In this document: positions 1 through 13,200 of the stretch, one piece after another
How positions within the stretch are numbered: position 1 is the first letter of the stretch
Layout of the letters: every line of letters begins with the position of its first letter
NCBI RefSeq assembly: GCF_004010195.1
Contig: NC_057754.1
Location: 4,465,681 to 4,505,144, forward strand
DNA length: 39,464 nt
Origin: Chiloscyllium plagiosum
Taxonomy: Eukaryota
Direction of reading: 5' to 3'
Notes under the pieces: model-generated
Database searches by the model: none
The model's input: only the letters and a program-made list of their open reading frames with translations
What the model was told of the DNA's origin: nothing
Made by a program: the position numbers and the translations under genes

Positions 1-289
1 TAATGGACCTTACCCATCCAACTGATCTCTTCCCACAGCAGCATGTATATCCCCCTGCATCACTCGACCAAGAGATTTTAACATGAGCTTTCAAGTTATG
101 TACTGCCTTTTTACTGATGGATTGCTTGGGAGAATATATAGACATGTAAGCCATGGGCGCAAGATCATTGGGGCCCTACTTCCTGTTGCATCGAATATTA
201 GCACCCATTTTCGGACGGCCTGGGTCGATCATCCAAGATAGTGCCTGAACATCCCAGGAGACCTCAAGCTCATTTAGATATAGAACTCT

Positions 290-715
290 AGGCAGAGTTC
301 TGGAGCACAAGAAAAGACCCTTGGGCCCATCAAGTCTGTGCTGACCAAGAAGAAGCATGTAACTATTCAAATCACATTTTCCAGCACTTGGCCCATAGCC
401 TTGTATGCCTTGGGATCGCAAGTGCACATCTAAATACTTCTAAAATATTATGAGGGTCTCTGCCTCTACCATCCTCACAGGCTGTGTGTTCCAGATTCCC
501 ACCACCCTCTGGGTGAAAATTATCTTCCTCACATTCCCTCTAAACCTCCTTTCCCTTACATTAAATCTGTGCCCCTTTGTCATTGATCCATCCACCATGA
601 GGAAAAATTTCTTCCTGTCTATCCAGTCAGTGCCCTTCAATATTTTATACATCTCAATCACAGCCTTCCTTGTCCTCTCTGCTCCAAGGAAAACAGCCTA
701 GTCTATCCAGGCGTC
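290..715 (-). mobile_element. CR1-type LINE 3' fragment
   Basis: ORF 440-661 (IEMYKILKG...TKGHRFNVR...FTQRVVGIWN) is a CR1 ORF2 C-terminus. Confidence 0.85.
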
Positions 716-954
716 TTCAAAGTTGAATAAACTATCCTCCTGATGCCTCGTATTAAAGCAACTAACACTGCAGGAAATTAATTGCACCAGAAGTAACTGT
801 GAAGGGATTTTGTCCAAATGATGCACTGAATGTTCGCATGATTAAATCAAGTATTGTTAATTTTGCTCAATAACTCATGAGGCCAGCTCAACCCATCAGT
901 TCCTTCCACAATCTAATCAATATTGTGTTCTCATCCGATAATTCAATCTTCACC

Positions 955-1228
955 CTAAGTCTCTAATGTCCTTTCGCAGTCACTGCCAGTATCCATATCA
1001 TCATCCAGCACCACTACATAGAAGTTTCTTGTGTCATCATCCCCGACCTCAGCCCCGCTCGTTGTTTGGGCTGCTGCTCTATGTGCCCCAGTGTTCGTGT
1101 AGTAGACCTCACCCTGGTCCTCGAGGATGGGCAAGGTGGACAGAAGTTCCTGGAGAAGTGATCTGAGCTCAGCAAAGGTTGGTCGCTGTCCTGGATTCAG
1201 GAACCAGCAGCTGAGCATGAGGTGGTAC
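955..1228 (-). CDS. RTK terminal exon: kinase C-lobe end and C-terminal tail
   Basis: Acceptor ttctcttcccag. Reads (L)[29 protein letters not shown]...EVYYTNTG...CERTLET*. Confidence 0.93.
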
Positions 1229-4200
1229 CTGGGAAGAGAAGACTGTTATCAGCAAAGAGGCCGCTCGATGTCACCAAAACTTTGATGTCAATAGTGTCTA
1301 TCAGACTTCCATCATGAAAACCAGCCTCCCATCAGTTGGCTTCATCTATACGTCCTGCTGTCTTGGTAAAGCAACTAACATAATCAAAGACCCCTCCCAA
1401 CCCCGCTTATACTCTCTTCCACCCTTTTCAGCTGGGCAGAAGATGTAAATGTTTGTTTACATTCACAAAGAGAAGAAGATGGGAAATTAGGGATGGGCAA
1501 TAATTGCTGGCCGGTGCAGCGATGCCCTCATCCGGTGAATCAATAATAAAAAAAAGAACAGATTCAAGAACACCTTCTTCCCTGCTGTTGTCAGATTTTT
1601 GAATGGACCCCTTTAATGTCAATATTGATCTCTCTGCATTTTCTGGGCAACTGTAACACTATCCTGCACTCCATTCTGTTATGCTGATGCACTTGTAATA
1701 CTATGATCTGCCTATAAAGCACATGTGCAACACTTTTCACTGTACCTCAGCACACGTGACAATAATAAATCAAATCAAATTGGCAGCTAGTGACTTTTAT
1801 TTATTTACGGTGTTGTTGGGAAGCACTTCTTCAGTCAAAGGGGCATGTAAACCTGAAATGTTTTCCCCTTCTCTTTTAATGGGATGTGGCCAACAATTGT
1901 TACCCATCCATTTTTTTAAATTGCAAAAACATACACGTATTTATGAAATAACTATCTGTCAGCACATACAAAGAGCCCTAAAACTGTTCCGTACAGTCTG
2001 CAGAAAAACAGACTTTGACACTCCTCAGAACTTCCCTGCAGTTGCGAAACAGAGGCACTTTCTACACATGCGGGCGACCATTTACATTCATTTTGAGGCA
2101 CTGAGGGGGGTTTGAGTACTTAACCGACCTTCATTACACTTAGTCAAAAATACCTTAGATGATGTGTCCCGAAGCACATAATCCTGGACTTTGGAATGTG
2201 CCAGTCTGCAACAGTCAGTTGAGGCTAAATGTCTACACTGGAAGGCCAACAAGTTTTGGGCAGACTAAAGTGCACCATTCAGTAAGGTAACGGCCCTCCA
2301 TGCGCAGTCGATGTTGTATCGGTGTGCATCCTGGGGAACAGCCCGTACAGCACAGCACAGAGTTACTCAGGGCTAACCTCGATAAATGCTAGTGCATATC
2401 TCTGCCAACCTTCTTTGCACAGTGAAGGAGATAGGTGACCATCTTTTGCCCCACGCAGCTGCTTTGAGGGCAACATGTGGTGGTGGAGAGAGTCCAAGCC
2501 TACATGAAGGATCTGATGGGCAGTGCCCTTCTCGCCACCAGCCGAGCTAAGTCTTGGTCCTTGTCAGAAAGTTCTGGCAACGGGGCAGTCTGCTAAATGA
2601 CTTTGACAGTCTGCTCAGGGAAACTCCCAACAGGATCCACCCTCTCCTTTTCCCCTAGGATCTCAACTATGTACCTACCTGATGGACTGGAGGTCAAAAG
2701 TGCTTTCCTTTGCAAACTTTTCCACAATGGGCAGGTGATCTGGAATGGTCCAACTGCTTGGAGTGTTCTGCAGCAACAAGGCCAGACCTATTTTCTGTAA
2801 CACTGGGGACAGGTAGAAGCTCAGTACGTAGTGACATTTGGTGTTTGCGTACCAAGGGTTTACACACAGCTTGATGCAGCTGCACACAAAGGTGGCTATC
2901 AGGATGAGGGTAACATTGGATACATCCTTCTTATCCAGAGCTTAGACATGGTCCATTTTTGACCTCCAGATGATGTGTGGAAGATGACTCAGCTGACTGC
3001 AGTGGTGCAGGCTCGGGGAATGGACCAGACCTGTGCCACGTACAACAACACCAAGAGTACCTCACACCTGGTTTTTACCTGCAGGGAATCGAAGCTGTGC
3101 TCCCATAAGTCCAGTTTCTGCCTCACCTTGGCAATATGCCCATCCCAAGTTTCGGCACGTGCCCCAGCCCCTCCGAACCATATTCCCAGCACCTGACAGT
3201 GAAGGGGTAAAGGATCAATCGGCCAAGTTCCCAGAGATCATGGCCTCGATATTGCTTCAATTTACCTTGCTCCTGAGGCAAGTTTGCACTGGTCACAGGT
3301 GTTCATGAGTCTGGGCACTGCCAGTAGATCCGAGCAAAAAATGGCGATGTCATCCATGTACCAGGTCCCTAACTGTCCTTGAGTTAAATGGCTTGCACAG
3401 CTATTTCAGAGGACAGGTAAGAGTCAACCACATTGTTATGAATCTAGAGTCACATTTAGGCTAGACTTGGTAAGGATGGTGGATCTACGTCCTGAAAGGA
3501 TATTGGTGAACCAGATGGGTTATTACGACAACCAATCATAATTTCACAGGCACCATCACGGAGTCTAAATTTTAATTCAAAATTTTATTAATACAATTTA
3601 AATTCCACCAGCTGCCAAAGTTGGATTTGAATACATGTCCCTAGAACCTTGGGGGTCTCTGAATTACTCGTTCATTACCTCGATTCCCCTGTCTCCCAAA
3701 GATTCACTCAGAAATAAGCTCTTGACGTTGGAGGTGAATTGAAAATTTCAAAACTGAGGTGGATAGCTCGTTATTGAGTCAGGATGTCAGGCAATGCAAC
3801 TAATCTGGGTAAATGGATTTGAGATTCAATGGTCAGACAATCTTGAGGGGCCAAATGGCCTCCTCATGTCCCGATACATATAGCAAACAGTCATCAGATC
3901 ACTGGTAAATCTGTCTATCTATGGTGTTAGTCGAGGGCAGTGCAGTCATTGCCTCTTATAGGGGAATGATGGCCGAGTGATACTATCACTATTAATCCAG
4001 AGACCCTAGTAATGTTCGGAGGACGCAGGTTCAAACCTCACTGTAGCAGATGTTGGAATTTGAATTCAATTAAAAACATCTGATATTAAGAGTCTAGTGA
4101 TGACCATTAATCCATTGTTGGGTAAAAACCCATCTTGCTCACTAATGTCCTTTAGGGAAGGAAATCTGCCCCGTCTGGCCTCCATGTGACTCCAGACCCA

Positions 4201-7200
4201 CAGCAATGTGGTTGACTCTCAATTACCTTCTGCAAGTAGGGATGGACACTAAATACTGGCCTAGCCAGCGATGCCCTCGTCCCATGAATGGAATTTTAAA
4301 AAAAGTAACACCACAATCTTTAACATCTACCTCAAAGGGTTAACGTCTCACCTTAAGAAAGGAACCTCCAAGAGTGCAATGATCCCTCAGTACTCCACTC
4401 AAACATCAGCCTAAATTGTGCGGACAAGTCCTAGAATGAGTTTCGTATTGTCTCAGGGAGAAAGCTAGCATGCTTTTTTGAGACTGGCTGCACTGGAATC
4501 CTGCTATCTCATCAGTTGGTAGCCTCCAACCTCTGGCTGTATGAAGTTTAGCAGTTTGAACCCTCCTTCCAGGACTTTGACATAATTTAAGACTTATTCT
4601 CCTACGCTGTACTAAGAGAATTCTGGAGATGTCTTTTGGAAGAATCATGAAACCCAAGTCGACTTATTTACTCTATCAAATTTTGAAGGCTCTCCTGTTG
4701 ATCTTCACTGCTTGAAGGCGGAAAACCATTTTCCCCAGTCCCTTAGCGGAACTGAACTCCCTCAACCCTGGTATTATGCTTCGATACTTTTCCGATTCAG
4801 AGGCAGAATGAAGAAGAGAAGATCCTGGCACTTACAATTTGTCGAGACAATCAGGTGGTTGCTTCAGTCGGTTCCCCTGATGTAGGTAGTCATAAACCTC
4901 GTGGTTTTGTATGCCAGGATAAGGTGTCTTCCCCTGACTCACAATCTCCCACATCGTCACTCCGAAGGACCACTGTGAATGGGGAGCAGGTGTCGGTTCA
5001 GTGCCATTGCAGTGACCTCCGGACTTTCCCACTCTAACACGCTTCCAGCCATTTTCCCATCTGCAAAACCCACCCTCTGTATATTTCAACTCATCTGGAT
5101 CTCTGCTGACGTTGTATTCCAGCTCGCAACAAGTCCCACTCACCCGTCACTCAAACATACATGCAAACAAGGAACAAAGGTAGGCCACTCAGCCCTTCAA
5201 GCCTGCTCTGCCATTTAATAAAATCATGGAGTCCCTACAGTGTGGAAGCAGGCCTTTCAGTCCATTAATCCTCCAAACAGCATCCCTATTCTATCCCTGT
5301 AACCCTGCATTTCCCATGGCTAACCCACCTAGCCTACACATCCCTGGACACTACAGGGCAATTCAGCATGGCTAATCGACCCTACCATGCTCATCCCTGA
5401 ACACTATAGGACAATTTATTTCTCCACCCCCGAAGTTCCCAGCCTCATTCCTGATGAATGGCTCTGGCCTGAAATGTTGATTTTCCTGCTCCTGGGATGT
5501 TGCCTGGCAATTTAGCACGGCCAATCCACCCTAACTTGCACATCCCTGGGCACTATGGGACAATTTAGCACGGCCAATCCACCCTAACCTGCACATCCCT
5601 GGGAATGATGGGACAATTTAGCACGGCCAATCCACCCTAACTTGCACATCTCTGGACACTATAGGACAATTTAGCATGGCCAATCCACCCTAACCGGCAC
5701 ATCCCTGGACACTATGGGACAATTTAGCATGGCCAATCCACCCTAATCTGCACATCTTTGGACTATGGGAGGAAACCAAAGCACCCAGAATAAACCCATG
5801 CAGACATGGGGGTAATGTGCAAACTCTACACAGACAGTCGGCCGAGGGTGGAATCGAACCTGGGTCCCTGGTGCTGTGAGACAGTGCTAACCACTGAGCC
5901 ACTGTAGCACGGTTGATCTGGTTTTAATGTTAACCCTACATTCCTGCATACTCCCAATAATCTTTCATCACCTTGAGCAGCAGTAAAACCTATCTATGTA
6001 TGCATCAGAAATATTTAAATATTCTGTATCCACTGGCTTTCCAGGATGGAATATTCTCCCACAAGATGTACATGGATAGGATGGGTTTAGAGGAACATAA
6101 GCCAAATGCTGGAAAATGGGACTAGATTAAATTAGGATATGTGGTCAGCATGGATGAGTTGGACCAAAGGGTCTGTTTCCATGCTGTACCAGTCTATGAC
6201 GTTATAAGAGGAAACATCTTCTCCATTTCAATCCAGTCAAGTCCCCTCAAGACCTTTTGTATTTCAATTCAGTCACCTCTGACGCTTCTAATGTCTGGAG
6301 GTTGCAGGTGTAGCCTGTCTAAGCTTTTCCTCAGAAGGCAATCCACATACTGCAGGTATTAGCCTAGAGGGTGTGCAGGTTAGCTGGATTAGCCGTACTA
6401 AATTGTCCCTGTAGTGGTCCAGGGGTATGCAAGATTATGTGGATGAACCACGGGGTGGCAGATTTGGGGTGGTTCTGGGTAGGATACTCTTTAGTGGGTC
6501 AGTGCTGACTCATTGGACCAAAAGGCTTGTTTCTGTACTGTCAAATACTTTGAAGCTGTTTCCAATACATTAACATGCTTCCGTAAGGACGGTGACCAGT
6601 ACTTATGCCCCAGTCTTCCAGGTACAGTCTCACCAATGCAAACCTGTACTCTTTGATCTACACTCGCTTCTGTTCTGATCATATACAAAATATAAAATGA
6701 TTCTCAAATGTGCTTGAATCCCTCCATGGTATTGATTGTCCCTAATTCTCGATACTATTTTGGCCCTTTTACCCTCTGACTTTCTCCAGCTGTGCCTGCT
6801 ATGAGTCCTGATTTTCTTTTCTCCAAATTCGGCAGCTCTGCCTTCACTCAGCTAAGCTTTAAGATCTGCAATTCCTTTCAAAACCTCTGACTTTTTGCTT
6901 ATTTTTGCCTCCTTTGTGATGCTGTTTAAAACCTACTTATTTGACTAGCATTAAGGAACATGCCTTGACATATTCTTAAGTGAAATGACTGCATGCAGCT
7001 CTGACCTCCCTGCTATAGGAAGTATGTTGTTAAACTTGAGAGGGCGCAGAAAAAACTTACGAGGATGTTACAGGGTTGGAGGGTTTGAACTTTATGGAGA
7101 GGCTCAATAGGCTATGGCTGTTTTCCCTGGAGCGTCAGAGACTAAGGGTTGACCTTACGGAAGTTTATAAAATAATGGAGAAGGTGAATAACCGAGGTCT

Positions 7201-10200
7201 TTTCACCAGGTTAGGGGAGTCCAAAACTAGAGGACATAAGTTTAAGGAGTGAGGGGAAAGATTTAAAAAGGACCTGAGGGGTAACTTTTTCATGCAGAGG
7301 GTGGGGCATGTATGGAACAAACTGTCAGAGAAGATAGTGGGGGCTGGTACAATGACAACACTTAAAAGGCATCTGGATGTGTATATAAATAGGAAGCGTT
7401 TAGAGGGATATGAGCCAAATGCTGGTAAATGGGACTAGATCAGGTTGGGATATCTGGTTGTTGCATCCATGGTATCCATGTCAATGTTCTGACACGTCTT
7501 GCAGTGGTTGCTATGACAGGGTTGTACAGTGATGTTGTCTTTAGTATCCATTACACGTGGGGACACCATGTACGCAGTGAGTACCCGTGTGACTCGGTCA
7601 ACGTTGTCTATCTCATACGCTGCAGGCAAGGATGACCTGAGGCATGGTACATTGGCGAGACCAAGCAGCCGCTACGACAACAGATGAATGGGTACCGCAC
7701 AACAATCACCAGGCAGGAGTGTTTCCTCCCAATTGGAGAACACTTCAGCGGTCCGGGACATTCGACCACAGACTTTCAGGTGACCATTCTCCAAGGTGGA
7801 CTTCGGGACAAGCAACAATGCAGAGTGGCTGAGCGGAGGCTGATAGCCAAGTTCAGTACCCATGGGAATGGCTTCAACCTTGACCTTGGGTTCATGTCAC
7901 ATTACAGGTGACCCCATTGAACTATACACTCTCTCACACACATGCACACCTCTACATACTCGCAGACCCACACAGACCCCCTCTCATATGTGCAAACATA
8001 TACTGCCTGCACTCACACCCACACCTGCACCATCTCACAGGCATATACCCCATCACTCTCTCTCACACACACTTAACCAAGCTTACACACACATATACTG
8101 TACACGCACACTCTAACACATGCACTCACACCCACATGCACACACTCACTCTGTCTCTCCTACATGCGCACACATATAAGTTTATGGGGTAAAATTGTTT
8201 TTGCAGAATTACATTTTATTTTGCTCAAAACCTGCATGGATCCATGTAAGATTCTGTAAACCCCACTTTAGAAATATAACCAGTCTGACTCAACATTGGG
8301 ACACAGACAGACCTCACACCTTAATGCATTGTCTAAGCTGAGATGGCACCTACTATTAGTAAAGCTAAGATGTCTTGAGAATGTAATTTAAAAGAAGTTG
8401 AATAATTGAATCCCTACAGTGTGGAAATAGGCATTTCGGCCCAACAAGTCCACACTGACCCCTCTGAAGAGTAACCCACCTAGACCCATTTCCCTCCCTA
8501 CTATCCTACATTTACCCCTGACTAATGTACCTAACCTACACATCCCTGAATGCTATGTGCAATTTAGCACGGCTAATTCACCTAACCTGCACATATCTTT
8601 GGATTGTGGGAGGAAACCAGAGCACCCAGAGAAAACCCACGCAGACATGGGGAGAATGTGCAAACTCCACGCACACAGGCGACTGAGGCTGGAATCAAAC
8701 TTGGGCCCCTGGTGCTGTGAGGCAGCAGTGCGAACCACTGAACCACCGTGCTGCCCCAATTTTACATTCTGAGATTTACACATTAAAGAACAGAAACCAG
8801 CATATCCCATTCTAAAAGATGAAAGACTGAATCTAAAATTGTTTAATGTATCATTATTACATCTCCATGACACTGTACTGTGGCTATGAATTCTGTGTCT
8901 TATGGTCTTCTCCACAACCACCTGATGAAGGAGCAGTGCTTTGAAAGCTAGTGTTTCCAAATAAACATGTTGGGCTATAACCTGGTGTTGTGTGATTTTT
9001 CACTCTGTCCAGCCCAGTCCAACACCAGCACCTCCAAACGTAACAGATCAGGCAGGGTTTCTGTTCCTCATCCAATGACCACTTTGGAAAGCATCCTGTC
9101 TCAGACCATCTGGTCGGGAGGCAATGGGATTGGCATTCAATGGTGACTCCCTCTATTTTACGACACTCTGGTTCACATAGCTATCTGGTGGAAGGGAATG
9201 GAATTGGGGTTTGCCTGTGACATACTTCATTGCATGGCAGTCACTGCTTCAGATCAAAGAACATGCTTGACTTCAGTTCCTGCTTTTGTGCCATCAGAAC
9301 ATAAGAAATAGGATCAGGAATAGGCCATCCAGCCCCTCGAGCCTGCTCCGCCATTCAAGAGGATCATGGCTGATCTTTCTGTGGATTCAGCCTGAATTCT
9401 TCTACTGTTCAAAAATCTATCTTTGCCTTAACAACATTCTGTGGAGCATCTCCAGCACCATAAGGAGAGGACCAGAAGCTATGCTCACTTCTCTGCCAAC
9501 CCTGAAAATGATTCCTGGTCTCTCCTCACTCATACCTCCAGCAGCTAAATACAAAAACGTGGCATACCACATCGCTTTTTGTTGTGTAGATTGACTCTGC
9601 CATGCTCTCAATGGCCATCCATTTCACAGGCATCTTTGAGACTGCCCTCTGCCGGTAGTAATTACTGGCGTAGATCTTTTTAGACAACCCAAAATCAGCA
9701 ACGCAAACCCGCATACTGTCACACAACCTGTGCAAAAGGAATTAGAGTTAGAGAGAGGAGACTATTCATGTAATCAACCAGAATGCTTTCAGCTCTCATT
9801 TCCAGTGCTACCCAGCCTGCTGTGCCAAAGTCCTTCAAAAGTTATCTCGAGTGTTTCAGTCCTGAGATTCCTGAGTACAATCCCACCCTAATTCAGCACT
9901 GAACAGTCTCACGTGGGGACGTCATAGACTAGTTGGTGTGAGTGAATAGAAATCACCTCAAACTGACACAGTGTAGAAAGCTGTTCTCCAAGGCTACTGT
10001 TTGAGTAGATTTGAAGGAACATTATTCCATGCTATAAACTGTCCTGGGAGAGTTTGATGGTGAAAATGTGAATGGAGCTTTACATTGTATCTAACCGTGT
10101 GTTGTACCTCTCCTGGGAGTATTCAACAGGGTGTAGACAGAGCTTTATTCTGTATCTAACCCTATGCTGTCCCTGTCCTGGGAGTGTTTGATGGGGGACA

Positions 10201-13200
10201 GTGTAGAGGGAGCTTTACTCTGTATCTAACCCCGTGCTGTCCCTGTCCTGGGAGTGTTTGATGGGAGACTGTATCTAACTCTGTACTATAACTATCCTGG
10301 TGCGTTTGATGGGGGCAGTGTAAAGGAAGGTTTACTCTGTATCTAACCCCATGCTGTCCCTGTCCTGGGAGTGTTTGATGGGAAGACTGTATCTAACTCT
10401 GTACTATAACTATCCTGGTGCGTTGATGGGGGCAGTGTAGAGGAAGGTTTACTCTGTATCTAACCCTGTACTGTAACTGTCCTAGGAACGTTTGATGAGA
10501 GCAGTGTATAAGAAGCTTTACTCTATCTAAACACATGCTGTCCCTGCCCTGGGAGTGTTTGATGGGGACAGTGTAGAGGGAGCTTTGCTCTGTAACTAAC
10601 CCCGTGTTGTCCCTGTCCTGGGGAGTGTTTGATGGGGGACAGTGTAGAGGGAGCTTTGCTCTGTAACTAACCCCGTGCTGTCCCTGTCCTGGGGAGTGTT
10701 TGATGGGAACAGTGTGGAGGGAGCTTTACTCTGTATCCCCTGCCCTGGGAGTGTTTGATGGGGACAGTGTAGAGGGAGCTTCGCTCTGTAACTAACCCCG
10801 TGCTGTCCCTGTCCTGGGGAATGTTTGATGGGGGACAGTGTAGAGGGAGCTTCGCTCTGTAACTAACCCCGTGCTGTCCCTGTCTGGGGAGTGTTTGATG
10901 GGGGACAGTGTAGAAGAAGCTTTACTCTGTATCTAACCCCGTGCTGTCCCTGCCCTGGGAGTGTTTGATGGGGACAGTGTAGAGGGAGCTTCGCTCTGTA
11001 ACTAACCTCGTGCTGTCCCTGTCTTGGGGAGTGTTTGATGGGAACAGTGTGGAGGGAGCTTTACTCTGTATCTAACCCCGTGCTGTCCCTGTCCTGGGTG
11101 TGTTTGATAGGGACAGTGTGGAGGGAGCTTTACTCCGTATCCTGCTTGACCATGCCCACTCCTCACCTCACAACTCTACATGGTCACTTTCCAAAGGGAT
11201 TCACCGGGTAGCAACTTATGATCTTTTTTTTGGTATTTTCGAATCAACCTGTTCAGAGATGTCACGACCTCTAGAGTAGGTGGGAATATGAGCCCATGCC
11301 TCCTGGCTCAGAGGTAGGGATACTACTACTGCACCAGAAGAGCCTAGCCCGTGTTTTTCATTTAATGCCATGCCTGACCCAGTTCAGGTGCTAAGACTAT
11401 TTTTGTGCTCCTGTCAGTGTTTCTACTGTGACCATCTAAATCATCACGGAGTCCAAGAATCAAATGAAAGGTCATAATGGTGTGTATGGCTTCGTTCCAT
11501 CTCGGGCAATTAAAAACCCAAATGGTGGTGGGTTATTAAAAAGGGAGCTAAATAGGCTGCCAAAGAAGATAATCACAAACCCTGAATGACACACCCAAGC
11601 CACCTAGGGGCTAAACACGACTCACATGCAATTCCGAGCTGCCAGGTCTCTGTGTAGAAAGCCTTGGTTACTCAAATACTCCATCCCTGAGGCAATGTCA
11701 ATCATGAACTTCAGGATGACCTGCAGAGGTATGTACTAGGAAAAGAAAGAGATACTGTCTTAATGTCAAGCACGTTGAAACATTTCCAATATTCGGCCAT
11801 GATTTCAGCAATGCGTTAGCACCATCTCGTCTTTGAGTCAGAACACTTTGGGATATAGCTGCCAACCTGGAAACCTGAACACTTAATCCAGACCAACATT
11901 CCCAGTGCAGTACTGAGGGAATGCTGCACTATTTGAGATTCTAAATGAAATTTTAAGCTCAAGTTTCCATCTGACTTCTCAGGTGAACCACAAAAGTGCC
12001 ATTGTATTTGAAGAACAGCTAAGTAGTTTTGACTGCTATCCTGGTCAATGCTTAACCTTCAATCTGTTGTTCATGAGACCTTGCTGCATGCAAACTACTG
12101 CTACATTTCCCACAGAACAAAATGGTACCTAAACTTCAAACTAAGTGGCTACAGATCTCTATGGGGTACCCGAGATAATCAAAGGTCCTATATAAATCAC
12201 AATGTAATTTCTCTTTGACTCTATAGAGATCCCTTCATTCCATTCAGCCTCTATACTCATCCCTACACATCGACCAATAACCCATTTTTAAACATTCATT
12301 CATGGGATGTGAGCACCAACTGGCTGGGCCCAGCATTTATTGCCCATCCCTAGTTGTCCATGAGAGGGTGGTAGTGAGCTGCTTTCTTGAACCATTGCAG
12401 CCCATTTGCTGTAGGTAACTTGCAAAACCCTTTTTCCAGCTTTTACCCAGCAACTGGTGTTTGGTGTTCTCATAGCTTTCAAATAGCAATCTCTGAATAT
12501 CTCCATCCTCTAGGATGGGGGAGCCTAGCACATTAGTGTGAGAGATATAGCTAAAACATCCACAACGGGATGATCCTATTCAATCTTCTTTAGAATCAGT
12601 TTCCAGTCTCCAGCCAATTTGGTTCACTCCATGTTATAGGTTATAAAACCTGACAATAGCACTGTGCTCCAGAACTTGCCGGACCCCTAGCCAAGCTACA
12701 ACACTGGGATCTAGCCGACAACATGGAAAATTGTCCAGGTAGGTCCTGTATATAAAATGCAGGACAAATCCAAATCAGAAATTACCACCCAATCAGTCTA
12801 CTCTTGATCCTCAGTAAAGTGATGGAAGGGGGTCATCAACAGTGCTCCTAAGCAGCATTTGCTTAGCAATAACCTATTCACTGACGCTCAGTTTGAGTTT
12901 TACTAGGGTCACTAACCTTCTGACCTTATTATAGCCTTGGTTGAAACATGGACAAAATCGTTGACCTTCAGAGGTGAGGCGAGAGTGACTGCGCTTGACG
13001 TCAAGGCCTCATTTGTCCTCAAGGAGCCCAAGCAAAACTAAAGCCAATGGGAACTGAGGGGCAGGGGGTTTGGTTTGAGTCATAAATAGCACAAAGGAAG
13101 TGGCTGTGGTTGTTGGAGGTCTGTCATCTCTGAGGAGTTCCTCAGACAAAAACAATGCAAAACCTGCTCCATCAATGACCTTCCCTCCACCATAAGGTCA

